Shown piece by piece: positions 46,828 through 58,615 of a DNA stretch of 64,000 nt (position 1 is its first letter; each line of letters begins with the position of its first letter). Under the pieces are notes generated by a model, which was not told where the DNA came from, did not search any database, and saw only the letters and a program-made list of their open reading frames with translations. Origin of the DNA: Corallochytrium limacisporum Hawaii (taxonomy: Eukaryota; Protista; Pluriformea). The stretch lies in the NCBI GenBank assembly GCA_002811645.1, contig PDIP01000098.1, positions 108,917-172,916 of the forward strand, in the 5' to 3' direction. Both the position numbers and the translations under genes were made by a program.

Positions 46828-48614
46828 TCGGCCCGACAGCTCCCATATCAAAAACTACCGTATTCTTCAACTGACAATCTGGGCTCTGTTCGCGTTCGAT
46901 CCCGTGTTGCTGAACTCTCAACCTTAGACACATAACTTGCCGGCCAAAGATGCCGCGCCTTACTATATCATAATCATACCATCATAGTTCCATCATAGCC
47001 TTCAATCCCTATCCAACACTCTAAAGCAACGAAAATCCCCCAAAAATATAAGATTTTAGCTGTTTTAAGTTTGGCATCATAATCAACATCACGTTCACCA
47101 TTGTTTCTTGGCTTTTTACACTATCTTTATGTTTATGCTGTTCGCCTGATGATGATGATCATGCCCTCAAAATCATCGCTCTTACTAGTCTCGCCGTCCG
47201 GAGGGGGCCCTTCTACGCCGCCACCAAAATGTGTGTTTACAGTACATTCACTATAGCCACCCTTGCGCATTGGCCGCAGCGGGAGGCAAAGAGGCCAAGA
47301 GCGGGAGTCTATTTTTTTCCAAGTCCGGTTCCGCGTATGCGTTTTTGGTCCGACACTATCGAAAAGCTACACCCCAGTGGTCTTCTGATATGAACGCGGA
47401 GGATTTTTTTACTGGACGATAGGCAGCCCCCGCAGACTCCACGTCCACGCAAGTCACCACCAGGCCACTGCCTGCGAAGGAACTCTTGGAGGGACCCAGG
47501 AAGGGTTGTTTCCGTAAGACCCCTTTCTGCTGCCGCCGAACGCCTTGGAACTACGTACTTAGCTTAACTATCTATCTAAATGGTCCAACTCCTCCTAAAG
47601 GAACCAGTTATCGTTCATCTGTCATACGCTCCTCGCCGTCTCTTGACCTCGCCTCTCCCGCCGCTTTTCCCAGGGCTGGTAAGTGGGCGAGCCCATGATT
47701 GCATTCTGTTTCGCGAATCTAATGTTTTATATATATATATATACACCGCACTACTATACTACAGTATTTGCTGTTTTGATTACGTTCATTATTTAGCTGA
47801 ATTTAACATATTTTGGTGCCTCCCTGATTTATGATTGCCGAATACAATAATCAATTCAGCGGTTGGTAATCCTGCGCGAAATCCACCCCCCAAGCACCAT
47901 GGAAAACAAAATAAATCGGCCCCCTTCTCCATTTTGGCCCATCGCTGCGGTCGCTGTATGCTTTNNNNNNNNNNNNNNNNNNNNNNNNNNNNNNNNNNNN
48001 NNNNNNNNNNNNNNNNNNNNNNNNNNNNNNNNNNNNNNNNNNNNNNNNNNNNNNNNNNNNNNNNNNNNNNNNNNNNNNNNNNNNNNNNNNNNNNNNNNNN
48101 NNNNNNNNNNNNNNNNNNNNNNNNNNNNNNNNNNNNNNNNNNNNNNNNNNNNNNNNNNNNNNNNNNNNNNNNNNNNNNNNNNNNNNNNNNNNNNNNNNNN
48201 NNNNNNNNNNNNNNNNNNNNNNNNNNNNNNNNNNNNNNNNNNNNNNNNNNNNNNNNNNNNNNNNNNNNNNNNNNNNNNNNNNNNNNNNNNNNNCAGTGCC
48301 TTCAGATGGAAAATACCAAAACACTGGTGCGTCTGCCACCAAGAAAAAGGAAAGGCAGAGCAAAAACAAAGAAAAGTCTCACCGAGTGGCTATTTGGATG
48401 ACCGCGCCGTGTCAACTTAACCTTTGGGCGTGAAATTTCACACTGTAACAAACACAAATGCATTCAGTGGTGCCTTTGGAAGATGGCAAAAACTGTGTTT
48501 GATCCACTAAATTGAGTTCAAATGATGCGACAAAAAGAACAGAATTGAGAACTAGACGATGTAAAGGGCTGATGTAAAGGGCTGTTACAAAGACATAGAT
48601 CACCAGGTATCAAC

Positions 48615-51600
48615 ATGGCCCCAAGTAGCGGCATGGATCCACAGACCTATGTGTACAAGTTGAAAAAGCTTTCACTGTCGAAAGTAGGAAAGTTGGAGAT
48701 CACATTCCGTGAAGACGTACACTTAATAGGGACTGACAATTATGAACAGGTAGAGACATCCCTGGCAGCAGTGGAAGATGTTATCTTCCGCACAATGGAT
48801 CCAAGTTTATTCGTATTCATGGGAGCGAAGACAATATGTGAAAGCTTACGAAATGCTGGAGTGCCGTGTTATTGGTACCGGATCGGCACAGCGAACAATG
48901 CGGACCCAAATGTGCTGCCAAAGGTATCGGTTTGCGCCTATGACCTCGTCGGAAACGGGTTCGAGGAGGTCGGAGAAATGTCTGATGAACTGCCTACGGC
49001 AGACGTTATGGTAGAGCGCTTACAGAACCTTACAGATTCATCACTGGCAGAGGCATGGAAATCAGTTCTCATCAGTGAGTACACAGCGGGCGTACTCTCC
49101 ACCGCAACTGTAGGCAGAAAGGACCCAATGGCCCATAAGAACGAATGGGATCACTTCACAACAGCTCTCCGGGACAGTGTGTACCATAGTCTCCACACAC
49201 ACGGATTTACAAGGCTGGGAGATGCGCTCATTTATACGGAAGGACATGGTGACGGGGCCAAGCGACAGAAAACAACAAGTGGTGCATCCAAGACTAGCAC
49301 CGGCACGGGGCCCCTGCTGCAGTTGATTGTGAATGACATGAAAGGACCGCTGCAGGATGAATTAGATAACATCGAGATCGACACCGTGGTCAACTATCCT
49401 GGCCTGTCGTTTGATTGGTATCGGAATGGAGAGAATGGACTTGTTTGTAGGGTAGAGTTGCACCGCAACTATGTGTCTCCGCTGAGCAGCTTGGATGAGT
49501 CTGACACAGCGGAATTGCTGGAGCAACCAAGCCTTCGCCGCGTACTGCTAGCTCCGTATGGGACTGTGGGCACGTTGGTGATTCCGTCTGCGAATCTTTC
49601 TGCGCACCTTGCCAAGGGAAACGAGTACCTTAGTTTTGTACACTGGAACGGCATTGTTGACGGGACCAGTGAGTTTGCGGAGATGTGCTGGGTTGGCCTG
49701 GATGGACAAATTATTGCCTATCCGAAAAATTTGGTGTTTGCTATTGGTCAAGTACCCGCGGGCAAGAATGATAGTATGAAGCAAATGCGCCGGCGCTGGC
49801 GCAAATTGGCCGCTCAACGGCAGGCTGCCTTCAAAGCGTTCAACAAGGATGTCAAGGAAGAGTCAATAGACTCCATCGTCATGCCGGGTGATCAGACCAA
49901 GGTGGGCGAACTGCAAAAGGAATTGACTGAGGAGCTTTCAGCGTTGTTGAAGGTCGAGGTTCCGATCGCTGAAACTCCCATTAACGACCCAGGATCTGCC
50001 GATGTTCAACAATCGATGCAAGCCTCGACACCGGCTTTCAGTATGGTAAAGACACCGGGATCAGCCGTTTTCAACATGTTGCAGCGAACACACACGGGGG
50101 GAATCACAAAGTACAGCCCTGATGCTGGCATTTCGCGTCCCAACGCACGCAGCAACGAATTCCAGGGAGCGCTTCCATCGAGTCGTTTCTCTACGGGTGA
50201 CTACTTGACCTGCGGAGACTTTGGTTTGTTCCAATCAAGCGATAGCTATGCCCGGGAAGACATTGTGCACGGGCGCCCTCCTACAACAGAGCAAGGCCAA
50301 CCCGCCAGCGTCGAGGGAGAAGTTATCAACATCTTGAGTCCACTGAACATGACGAACACAACACAGATGTCACAGACATCTCAGGGAGATGCTGGGCACG
50401 AATTCAATCCTTGGTCGGTGAATCCCTTGGTGAGCAGCGCGAGTCCGTCACCTGTCAACGACTGGAACGTCCCGCAATATGCACCAGGCCGATCAGAGTA
50501 TACGAGGGAGTCCACCAGACTGCAAGATCTGCTCCTTACGAACCGGCAACAAAATGCACAAGAGATTCCTCTGTCCGCCGGTGGACCGGGCAAGATAGAT
50601 TACAATCTGAACTCCTCAAGCGAGCACAATGTGTCCGAGAAGCCAATGACCGCAACAGCCAAGGCCCAACTCAAACTTCGCCGGGTCCTTGCGCTCATCA
50701 ATGTGCTGGGAATGACTCTGTTAAGTGCCTACATCGCGGGTCTTAGGGTCGCTCTCAGTGACGAACCGGTGAAACAGCTCCTTAAGGGCTTCGTTAAGCA
50801 TAAGCCGGCACTGCCTGTCATTGCCAGCAACGAAGAAAGCGAAAAGAAAGAAAGTGAGGAGGCTGAGAAAATTGCACAACCGACGACACCTGCCGCGAAG
50901 GCCGGAATGCAGAGAATTCCCGGGATCCTGACGCGGTGGCAACTGCGCAGTGGGCCGTCCCTGGAAGCAATCGGTTCATTGTGGTGCTTCCATACGGTAG
51001 CGGCCCAACACAATGCTGATATCAGTGGAGTGGGTCAGAGCGTGGAAGAAACAGTTCGCGACGGAATGCAGCGGCAGTACCACTTCTGCAGTGCGCTAAA
51101 ATCCAGCTCACTGGAGAGGCCGTTGCGACTGTGGCAGCATTTCCACCGGAACCTCGACCTGGTGGACCAAGTGAAGGGATCCACTGCAGATCCTGTGCCC
51201 ACTGCACCGAGAGCTGTCCGTACCATGCCGCGCCATCCACGGTCACTTCGGAGGCTGTTTGTGGGCCAATGGCGGCAGGAGGCTAAGATTCCCTCGGCTG
51301 CATGGCCATATCTAGACAATGAGATCGTGCGCATACTAGGAAGCCTGTCCAAGAAGGCGCTAGAGCCTGAGAAGGCAGCGATGCGTCTCCTGGCGTCATC
51401 AAAATGCCAGAGCAATCCCCCAAACGGGACTGACAACAAAATGGATGTCGACGATGTGAAAGAAGAAGCCCCAGCGGCGAATGGTAAAGACAGTGAGGAT
51501 ATGGAACCCAGCTACTCGGAGCCCCTGCGCATTCCACATCTGCTCATGAAGCACGAGGGCGATCGGGTGGCGACCTTGCCAAACGCCCTGAGCCAATGGC

Positions 51601-54473
51601 AATACCTGGGGCTGCAGCCTTACAGCGGTGGCAAAAATATTTCGTATCTGATTGTGGCTCCGGAGAGCGTGCGGGACACGTCCATGTTGACGGCTCTGGT
51701 CAGTCAAATTGCCAGCGCCTACAATGCACTCAACCTCGGTGATCAGGAGCCGCTTCTCACGCAAAAGGCCTATGACAGAGCATTTGCGACTCCTGTAGGC
51801 GGTGGTGCATCTGGAACTCTGTCTTCGCGGGGAGCCGGTGCTGCGGGCAGCGACAATTATACCATTATTACTCCTGGTGGTGCATCCAGTACCCCTGGAG
51901 GTGTAGCACAGCTACGTCGTGGTGCACAAAGTCCGGCGGTTGCCGCCTTGCGTAATGAGGCCTCCGGCAATGTCATCACCAACGCTCTCATGCCAAACAT
52001 CACCGGTGTAAATATGCACCAGTTCCGCATTCTTGCACACGACATGGATGCCCGTAACAAACCAACCACTAAGACTGCCGCGTTGCGCATGATCAAGAAC
52101 CCAAAACACAAAGACGATCACCCAGCCACGGGAAGCAGTGGCGGCACTGCGGGCGCCTCCGGTGAGCGCCGTACGGGTGCGTCTCCGGCCACAACCACAC
52201 CTGCCGCTTCTGCTCTGCATGGACAGTACCACCCTGCCATTATTTCACACCTCGACGCCATCCTCGCCACAATCTTCCGCGATGAAAAGGTTGCAGCAAC
52301 GCTGGTGGATCGTCCCGCAGGCACTCCCGGCACTCCCGGCACACCGGCAGCGTTGTTGACTCCCGCGATAGCCACCCCGGGCACTCCTTCGAGCGTGCCC
52401 ATGGCTGAGGCGAAGACTGAAACCGGGCTCAGCAGCCACGCACTAGCGGATACATCGGAGTCCGGTGTAGAGCACCTGGTGCTCTACTTCTTTGTGCGTG
52501 GCCTGCACAGAGATGAGGAAGGCACCGATAGCAGCGGCAGGGGCATTGCCATGAGCGGCCCTCAAGCACAGCAGTCTACGAGTGGCAAGGAAGGCAGCAG
52601 TGCAGCCTCGCCACAGCAACGGGCGGCCTTCGAAGGAACGTTCCAAATGGCGCGTGCGGCCATTGCAGCAAGCCTGGCCGAGATTCCGTACCTTGCTCGC
52701 GCTCGCATTATGGTCCAATTCATTGACATTGCCCTTTGCGAAAACCCTGGACTGGAAGGTTTTGATTCGTTTGCGGATCTGGGCCGACACTACGCAATGA
52801 ATGTATACAGTCGGTGCCGTGTGATTGTCGCGCCGGAGATCCCGAAGGACGTTCATTTGTCGCTGGTACCGCCTCCGATCGGCAGCCAGCACCACATCTA
52901 TCAGCCCCCGTACCGTCTACTCGGAGATCTCGACCGCCTCCAGACCAAGCCGCTTGACGGCAACATGCCGCATGACACTATCAACCTTGGTAGTGTGAAG
53001 TGGAGCATTGAGCTGAACCGATATGTGAGCTCCACAGAACTCTGTCGCACGCTGTACGCGACCATTCTCCTTCCTAGCCGAACTGCGACGCGCTTGTACT
53101 GCTCTTGGACCGATGCCACTGGCCAGATCTTTGAGACATTGAGTTTGACAGTCAATCAGCACCTCGGCAACCAGACCATGGCCATCCGCAGCGGTCTAGC
53201 CGCATTTTGGTGCAGTACCCTGTCGCTGATAAGTGGTGGTGTCGACAATTGGCACGTTGTCGTGCTCTGCACAGGTGCGCTGGACCACTCAGAGATCATG
53301 AGCCTCTGTACTGTGGCAAATGCGTGCCTGAAGAAGGGCATCAACACGGACATCTGCCAGGGCTGCGACGCCTGCGAACTTAAGGAGATTGGCAAGAAGC
53401 CAGGCATAATTGATGTCACCGTGTGTACCTTCAGAGCGCTAACGGGCTCGACGCTGAGCACAGAGAGCATGCAGCAGGCCGTGTTACGGAAACACTCCAG
53501 CACAGGTGACGGTGGTGCCGGCACGGGAGGTGCTCCGGGCAGCGGTGTCAAAGGTCAGGGCACACGTGACTCGACGAACCTTAATAGCGCAGAGAAACTC
53601 GGCGTCGGTGGGCGGGACACATCGTCGTCTTCACTGAAAGCCCCGCCAAGCGGGGTGGCGGCAGTTTCAGGGGCCACCGGCGCCGCAGGTACAGAGGAGA
53701 ACCCCGAGGATGTCGTCGATGGTGGTTACCTCCGCACGTGCCTGCGTATTCCACGATCACGGATTTTGCTCTTCCCACAAGGTCTGTATGACTCGGACCA
53801 GGTGTCGTTCACTTCGGCTGGCCCAGGGGAGAAAAGTACCAGTGGCACTGCTCCCGCAGCTCCGGCGACAACTGCTGCCGACGGCACTGCTGGAGTCGGC
53901 ACCGAAGTGAAACAAGAGGGAAATGCCGACGGAGGAGCTGCATCTATTGTCGCGAACCCGAAGGTGCCGATCGAGCCCAAGTTCCTGTGTTCTGCTGTGC
54001 TGACCTGTACGGACCAAACGATCAGCGCCTCCCTGAGCGGCGGAGACAGCGGCGGCCAAACCACTGGCACAGGTGACGGCAAGGAACCAAATAGTGCTTC
54101 CGCCACCGAACAGGCGCCTGCGGACATGGGGAGCAGCGATGCCCCGACGTTGGCACAGTCCACGCAAGCTCGCGGCACCGGCGTCAACGAAGTGCTCTCC
54201 AAGACCCGCTCTCCGACGACCACTGCCTGCGTTGATCTCAAGGTAGATCTCATTGACCGTTTCACAAGCCACGAAGGTGTGAACGGTATCGAAGTTCACA
54301 ACGAAGTTTGCTGTGCTTTCAGTGGTTCTGCGACCGCGCTGATGCAGCACATTGCGAGCCAGCTGGATGCCCTGAGTTGGTTGCAATGCGACATGTCAAC
54401 TGGTGTGCGCACGACCAATCTTCCGTACCACATGATCTGGATGATGCTGCTCTTGGGTGAACGGATGGACTGA
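48615..54473 (+). CDS. MED13: Mediator kinase-module subunit MED13
   Basis: RVLLAPYGTVGTL; EPLRIPHLL...LPNALSQWQYLGLQPYSGGKNISYLIVAPE; LYCSWTDATGQIFET; C-terminal LDALSWLQCD..TGVRTTNLPYH. Confidence 0.88.
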   Translation: MAPSSGMDPQTYVYKLKKLSLSKVGKLEITFREDVHLIGTDNYEQVETSLAAVEDVIFRTMDPSLFVFMGAKTICESLRNAGVPCYWYRIGTANNADPNVLPKVSVCAYDLVGNGFEEVGEMSDELPTADVMVERLQNLTDSSLAEAWKSVLISEYTAGVLSTATVGRKDPMAHKNEWDHFTTALRDSVYHSLHTHGFTRLGDALIYTEGHGDGAKRQKTTSGASKTSTGTGPLLQLIVNDMKGPLQDELDNIEIDTVVNYPGLSFDWYRNGENGLVCRVELHRNYVSPLSSLDESDTAELLEQPSLRRVLLAPYGTVGTLVIPSANLSAHLAKGNEYLSFVHWNGIVDGTSEFAEMCWVGLDGQIIAYPKNLVFAIGQVPAGKNDSMKQMRRRWRKLAAQRQAAFKAFNKDVKEESIDSIVMPGDQTKVGELQKELTEELSALLKVEVPIAETPINDPGSADVQQSMQASTPAFSMVKTPGSAVFNMLQRTHTGGITKYSPDAGISRPNARSNEFQGALPSSRFSTGDYLTCGDFGLFQSSDSYAREDIVHGRPPTTEQGQPASVEGEVINILSPLNMTNTTQMSQTSQGDAGHEFNPWSVNPLVSSASPSPVNDWNVPQYAPGRSEYTRESTRLQDLLLTNRQQNAQEIPLSAGGPGKIDYNLNSSSEHNVSEKPMTATAKAQLKLRRVLALINVLGMTLLSAYIAGLRVALSDEPVKQLLKGFVKHKPALPVIASNEESEKKESEEAEKIAQPTTPAAKAGMQRIPGILTRWQLRSGPSLEAIGSLWCFHTVAAQHNADISGVGQSVEETVRDGMQRQYHFCSALKSSSLERPLRLWQHFHRNLDLVDQVKGSTADPVPTAPRAVRTMPRHPRSLRRLFVGQWRQEAKIPSAAWPYLDNEIVRILGSLSKKALEPEKAAMRLLASSKCQSNPPNGTDNKMDVDDVKEEAPAANGKDSEDMEPSYSEPLRIPHLLMKHEGDRVATLPNALSQWQYLGLQPYSGGKNISYLIVAPESVRDTSMLTALVSQIASAYNALNLGDQEPLLTQKAYDRAFATPVGGGASGTLSSRGAGAAGSDNYTIITPGGASSTPGGVAQLRRGAQSPAVAALRNEASGNVITNALMPNITGVNMHQFRILAHDMDARNKPTTKTAALRMIKNPKHKDDHPATGSSGGTAGASGERRTGASPATTTPAASALHGQYHPAIISHLDAILATIFRDEKVAATLVDRPAGTPGTPGTPAALLTPAIATPGTPSSVPMAEAKTETGLSSHALADTSESGVEHLVLYFFVRGLHRDEEGTDSSGRGIAMSGPQAQQSTSGKEGSSAASPQQRAAFEGTFQMARAAIAASLAEIPYLARARIMVQFIDIALCENPGLEGFDSFADLGRHYAMNVYSRCRVIVAPEIPKDVHLSLVPPPIGSQHHIYQPPYRLLGDLDRLQTKPLDGNMPHDTINLGSVKWSIELNRYVSSTELCRTLYATILLPSRTATRLYCSWTDATGQIFETLSLTVNQHLGNQTMAIRSGLAAFWCSTLSLISGGVDNWHVVVLCTGALDHSEIMSLCTVANACLKKGINTDICQGCDACELKEIGKKPGIIDVTVCTFRALTGSTLSTESMQQAVLRKHSSTGDGGAGTGGAPGSGVKGQGTRDSTNLNSAEKLGVGGRDTSSSSLKAPPSGVAAVSGATGAAGTEENPEDVVDGGYLRTCLRIPRSRILLFPQGLYDSDQVSFTSAGPGEKSTSGTAPAAPATTAADGTAGVGTEVKQEGNADGGAASIVANPKVPIEPKFLCSAVLTCTDQTISASLSGGDSGGQTTGTGDGKEPNSASATEQAPADMGSSDAPTLAQSTQARGTGVNEVLSKTRSPTTTACVDLKVDLIDRFTSHEGVNGIEVHNEVCCAFSGSATALMQHIASQLDALSWLQCDMSTGVRTTNLPYHMIWMMLLLGERMD

Positions 54474-54635
54474 ACTACAGCCATTTACTTGAGCATGATA
54501 AGATTTAGTTGAATGATATTATATATATATATAGTAGTTCTCACGAAATAGAGAACATGGGATGCATATTTGGTGTTTTCTCGCAGTTGTTGTGACTATG
54601 GTACATACCTATTGGTGCCCTGGTCTCTGATGCAT

Positions 54636-56096
54636 TCATTGGTTGCCGCTCTTAAACTCTGTGACGCTCTCTGAGAAAGGTGTCAGTCGGTTCTCGAGGG
54701 CGTGCACAAACTCTGGATAGCTGAGCACCGAATCACACTCCACATCAAAGTGGCGGAAGATAATGTTCAGCTCTACGTCTGTCTGTCGCACGTTGAGACT
54801 GCGCATGGTTTCCTTAAAGTTTGCGAAAGTCAGCGTCGAGGACGTATCAGTGGCGCCAAACATGCGGAACAGAGCCTCCGAGATGATGCCATGACCGGTA
54901 TCGTGGAAATGAATAAACTGTGCATCCACCTGCGCCTCCGTCAAACCATCCGGAAGGTGCGGTTCGAGCAATTCGAGCATCCGTGCGTAGTCAACATTGA
55001 CTCCGAACGGTTTGTCGATTACGTACTCGACCATGGTGTTCTTGCTCCGATTAATACCTTCTTCCCAACCCGGCAAACGCACTACCAATGCCGTCATGTT
55101 GTCCTGTGCTCCCCCATCGTTTGCCTCTTCGATGAGTTTCATGGCTGTCAGGTCAAGCGATGAACATGAATTGACAAGATCCACAATATCCTCGTCACCA
55201 AGCATGTCGGAGACTCCATCGCTGATGAGAATGATGCAGTCATCTTCCGCACTAACCTGTGTTGCTGTCGTGTGCGGCTCACAAATGAGGCCGTAGTTCC
55301 TAAAGAAGGGTGCACCGATCGCCCGACTGACTGCCAGCGTCTTGTCGTCGGCAAATATCCGGCCCGCGCCGTCCGCAGTGAATACAATCGACCCGCCCGC
55401 ATCCTCGATCCGATCCGCTTCTTCGTCGACGTTCGGCTTGTGGTCCTGGCTCAGTCGCTGGGGCTGTCCCTTGTGGCTGAGAATGCAGTGGCTGTCACCG
55501 ACGTTGGAAACATACACCTCGCTGCTGTCCCGCACAATCACGGTCACCGCAGTCGTGCCCGCCTTGTACTGTTCCCCAAGGCGTGGATCCTCCGCCCTGG
55601 CCTTCTCGGCCATGGCCAAATACTCGCTATCTAATTCAACCATTGCCATGGATGCCGCGTCGGTGTAGCTCTCCCCGTCTTGTACGAGGTCATAGACACG
55701 TTGCAGAATCCGACTGCTCACAAAATCAGCGGCCCGAGCACCGCCGTGGCCGTCAAAGACCCCGTAAAAGTACGTCTCTTCGTCCAGGATGCCGACCACG
55801 AATCGATCGTGATTGTAGTCACGCATGCCCTTGGTGCTTCGTAAGGACACCAAATTCTGTACTTGATTCGGTCGCAGTCGCTTGGGATAGAAACTATCGG
55901 AGTCATGCTCCGGTTTCAAGGCCTGTGGGGTGGAGCCTCCAATGTGCGACATCAGCCGCTGCTGTGTTTCTAATGTGCGCATCGGAGCTAACCGATGTCG
56001 CTGCAGCTGAAGCGTCGACTGCGTACCAAACGGAACCGCCCGCAGTCCCATGGTCTTTACAACGCGACTTGCTAGGCGTGCCCCGAAGCCCAACAT
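54636..56096 (-). CDS. Mitochondrial PP2C phosphatase, PPM1K-like, with a C-terminal EF-hand pair
   Basis: Arg-rich presequence; RDYNHDRF, VFDGHGG, GTTA, NVGDS, DHKP, LAVSRAIG, ISDG, DNMTALVV; C-terminal FGATDTSSTLTFANF and FDVECDSVLSYPEF. Confidence 0.85.
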   Translation of the reverse strand: MLGFGARLASRVVKTMGLRAVPFGTQSTLQLQRHRLAPMRTLETQQRLMSHIGGSTPQALKPEHDSDSFYPKRLRPNQVQNLVSLRSTKGMRDYNHDRFVVGILDEETYFYGVFDGHGGARAADFVSSRILQRVYDLVQDGESYTDAASMAMVELDSEYLAMAEKARAEDPRLGEQYKAGTTAVTVIVRDSSEVYVSNVGDSHCILSHKGQPQRLSQDHKPNVDEEADRIEDAGGSIVFTADGAGRIFADDKTLAVSRAIGAPFFRNYGLICEPHTTATQVSAEDDCIILISDGVSDMLGDEDIVDLVNSCSSLDLTAMKLIEEANDGGAQDNMTALVVRLPGWEEGINRSKNTMVEYVIDKPFGVNVDYARMLELLEPHLPDGLTEAQVDAQFIHFHDTGHGIISEALFRMFGATDTSSTLTFANFKETMRSLNVRQTDVELNIIFRHFDVECDSVLSYPEFVHALENRLTPFSESVTEFKSGNQ

Positions 56097-57953
56097 TGTG
56101 GCCTCTCCTCACTGGCGATTCGGAGAATAAGTGGTCTTCCTAAGAAATTGCTCTGTTGGTCCTCCCCAAACTAAGGAAAGTTACAGCTCCGTCATGAGCT
56201 GTCGATCACATGCTTGCAGAGTAGGTATGAAGTCTGTTATGAAGTTATGGACATCCGACTTTGGTGTGCTGCCTACTACTGTCACACTGACATCTGTTTC
56301 TTCCTCACTCCCCGCGTCGGCATACAAGTACGCCTTGTTTCTCTCGGAATCCCGTCCTCTTCCCCATCATCAAAATACCACCCATGCATATGCACAGATC
56401 ATCCTCCAAAACGGGAACCGATTCTTGGGCGAATGACATCCCAAAAAACCCCATCGTTGGCCAAACAGAAACCCACCCAGGGCCTCAAACAACAACAGAA
56501 GCACCGCCCCCTCCCCCCTCTTCTCTCCCTTCCCGGACCCCCCCATAACACCCGTTCCCCCTCCCCCCTCCCCCCTCCTCCTTCTCCTCTTGCCCGTGAG
56601 GCCCGGCAGTAGAGAGGGACCCGGGGTAAACCTAGAGAGAGAGGGGGAGAGAGAGGGGGAGCGAGAGAGGGGAGGGAGAAGGGGAGAGAGAGATTTGGGT
56701 GATATTCTGCCTTGGGGGCCAGCCCGCCGCCAAGGGGTACCAAATCTATGCCTCCATCTCCTCCTCCTTTCTTTTCTTTTTTTTCTTAAAATGTTTTTGG
56801 CAGTGAACGAGAAAAAAATGACGCGAGAGGTGGCATAAATAAAAAATACTTCCCAAAGAAAGGGAGCGGTTTCGGTACTGTAAACGCCGGAGTCAATCCT
56901 TCCCTCCCTCCCTCCCCGCCCCCCCCTCCAAAAAATGTTTTCTTTCGGACGGCCACACAGGGAGACAGGGAGAGGCTGGGTGGTGGTGGGGGGGGGGGGA
57001 TAAAACCTCAGAAAGTAAAACTTGGGGTTAAGTAAGGCCCGGTTGCGGGGAGTACGAACGAACGCGGCGGGTTATTTTTTTTGTTTTACTTTTTGGGAGC
57101 CCTTTTTCTTTTTGTCCGTTTGGCCCCTGCCTTCCTTCCTTCCCTCTTTCTTTCTTTATTTTTTTTAGTTAATTTTTAGGGGTTCCTTTCTTTCCTTTCT
57201 CTCTCTCTTTTTCTCTCTTGCCTTTGCTAGCCATTCCCCTCCTTTCCTCCAAGGACCCCAGGGGGGGGGGGGCGGCGGTGAAAATCCTCCGCTGATAATG
57301 AAAACGGAAGATACACACACACGAACACGGCGAGAGTGAGAGAGTGAGAGAGTGCGTGTGCGTGTGCGTGTGCGTGTGATCTTTGGATGGCGATTGGATC
57401 GTGGGGGACCCAACCTTTCCACCCGTCTGTCTCCTCTCTCTCTCTCTCTGTCTCTGTGTCTCTCTCACTATACGCAAGCACCAACACTCCCCTTCCTTCG
57501 CCCTCTCTTGGGGGGTGGGGGGGGAGACGACTCTTTCAGTCCTTCTTTTCTTTTTAACTTTTTCTTTCCTCTTTTCCTTTATTTTCTTTTATGTGGTATT
57601 AAACTGCGCAAAATACAATGGAAAATTTACAAGAAGTCTCTCGCGGCCAAAACGCCAAAAACCTTGCGCACACTTTGCCACGGGTTTGATTGCAAAATTC
57701 AAAATCAAACAGCCCCGCAAAATCGCGGCCCGGTTTGGGAATGGCCAGGAAAGCCCCGGAATGCAAATCAAATCGTCGCCAAGCATACCTCACCAACCCC
57801 TCAAGCTATCTACCGATATTGTATTGATTTGATACCACGATTCCATTTCCTAAGCCAAAAAGAAAAAAAAGGGGGAGAGTTAATTGAAAAAGGAAAAGGC
57901 GACAGCGGCAGAAACTGACTGAAAAAGTAGAGAACGGGCGAGGAAGGGGAGAG

Positions 57954-57957
<4 letters not shown>

Positions 57958-58006
<49 letters not shown>
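57958..58006. repeat. (GA)n microsatellite
   Basis: About 24 perfect units. Confidence 0.95.
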
Positions 58007-58011
<5 letters not shown>

Positions 58012-58615
58012 GAGAGCGGGGCCCAAGGAAAGGGAGGGGCGGTTGGGCTTGAAAAAGTATGCGTGCGTCACGGGCCGTCCCCCCCTCCCTCCCCCCTCCC
58101 AGAGCGCTTGGACAAAAAGGAATTTCGGGATCTTGAAAAACCTCCGCGGAGGGAGGGAGGGAGGGAAGGTTGAGCGGTGCGTGGGGTCGGCAAGGGGCAC
58201 ACACCGGCCCCCATTTTCTACTGTTCTTTTTTTTTGGGTTGGATTTTAGGCATAATCGCCCACGGGGCTTGGGGGAAGGGAGGGGGGGGGGAGGCGGGCG
58301 GTTGGTTCCGTTTCGGTTCGTCCTCCCTCCGTATGCGTGCGTGCGTGTGTGTGTGTGTGTGCGGATCATTTGACCGGTCGGCCGGAACTTTTTTTACACT
58401 TTTGGTGCGCAGAGTCTCATTGTCACACAGTCGTGTGCGCATGGGTATCAGACAGCGGACTCTCCTTTGTGCGGACGTTGGGAAACCACTGGGTAGTTCA
58501 GGAACGTCATCCGCCTAGGCGAATAGCCTTCGGTTGCTCGTGAGTCACCAAAGCCGCGGACAGAGACAACAGTTTTGTGGGTTGCTGTGCGGCAAGTACA
58601 CTGTAGCAGAAGGTC

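Larger units (their letters stand above)
15255..48293. other. Nine assembly gaps (15255-15475, 28241-28317, 32619-32665, 37316-37619, 39389-39747, 41317-41363, 42320-42485, 45904-46245, 47965-48293)
   Basis: N runs, all intergenic, most flanked by G/C homopolymers or CT repeats. Confidence 0.97.
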
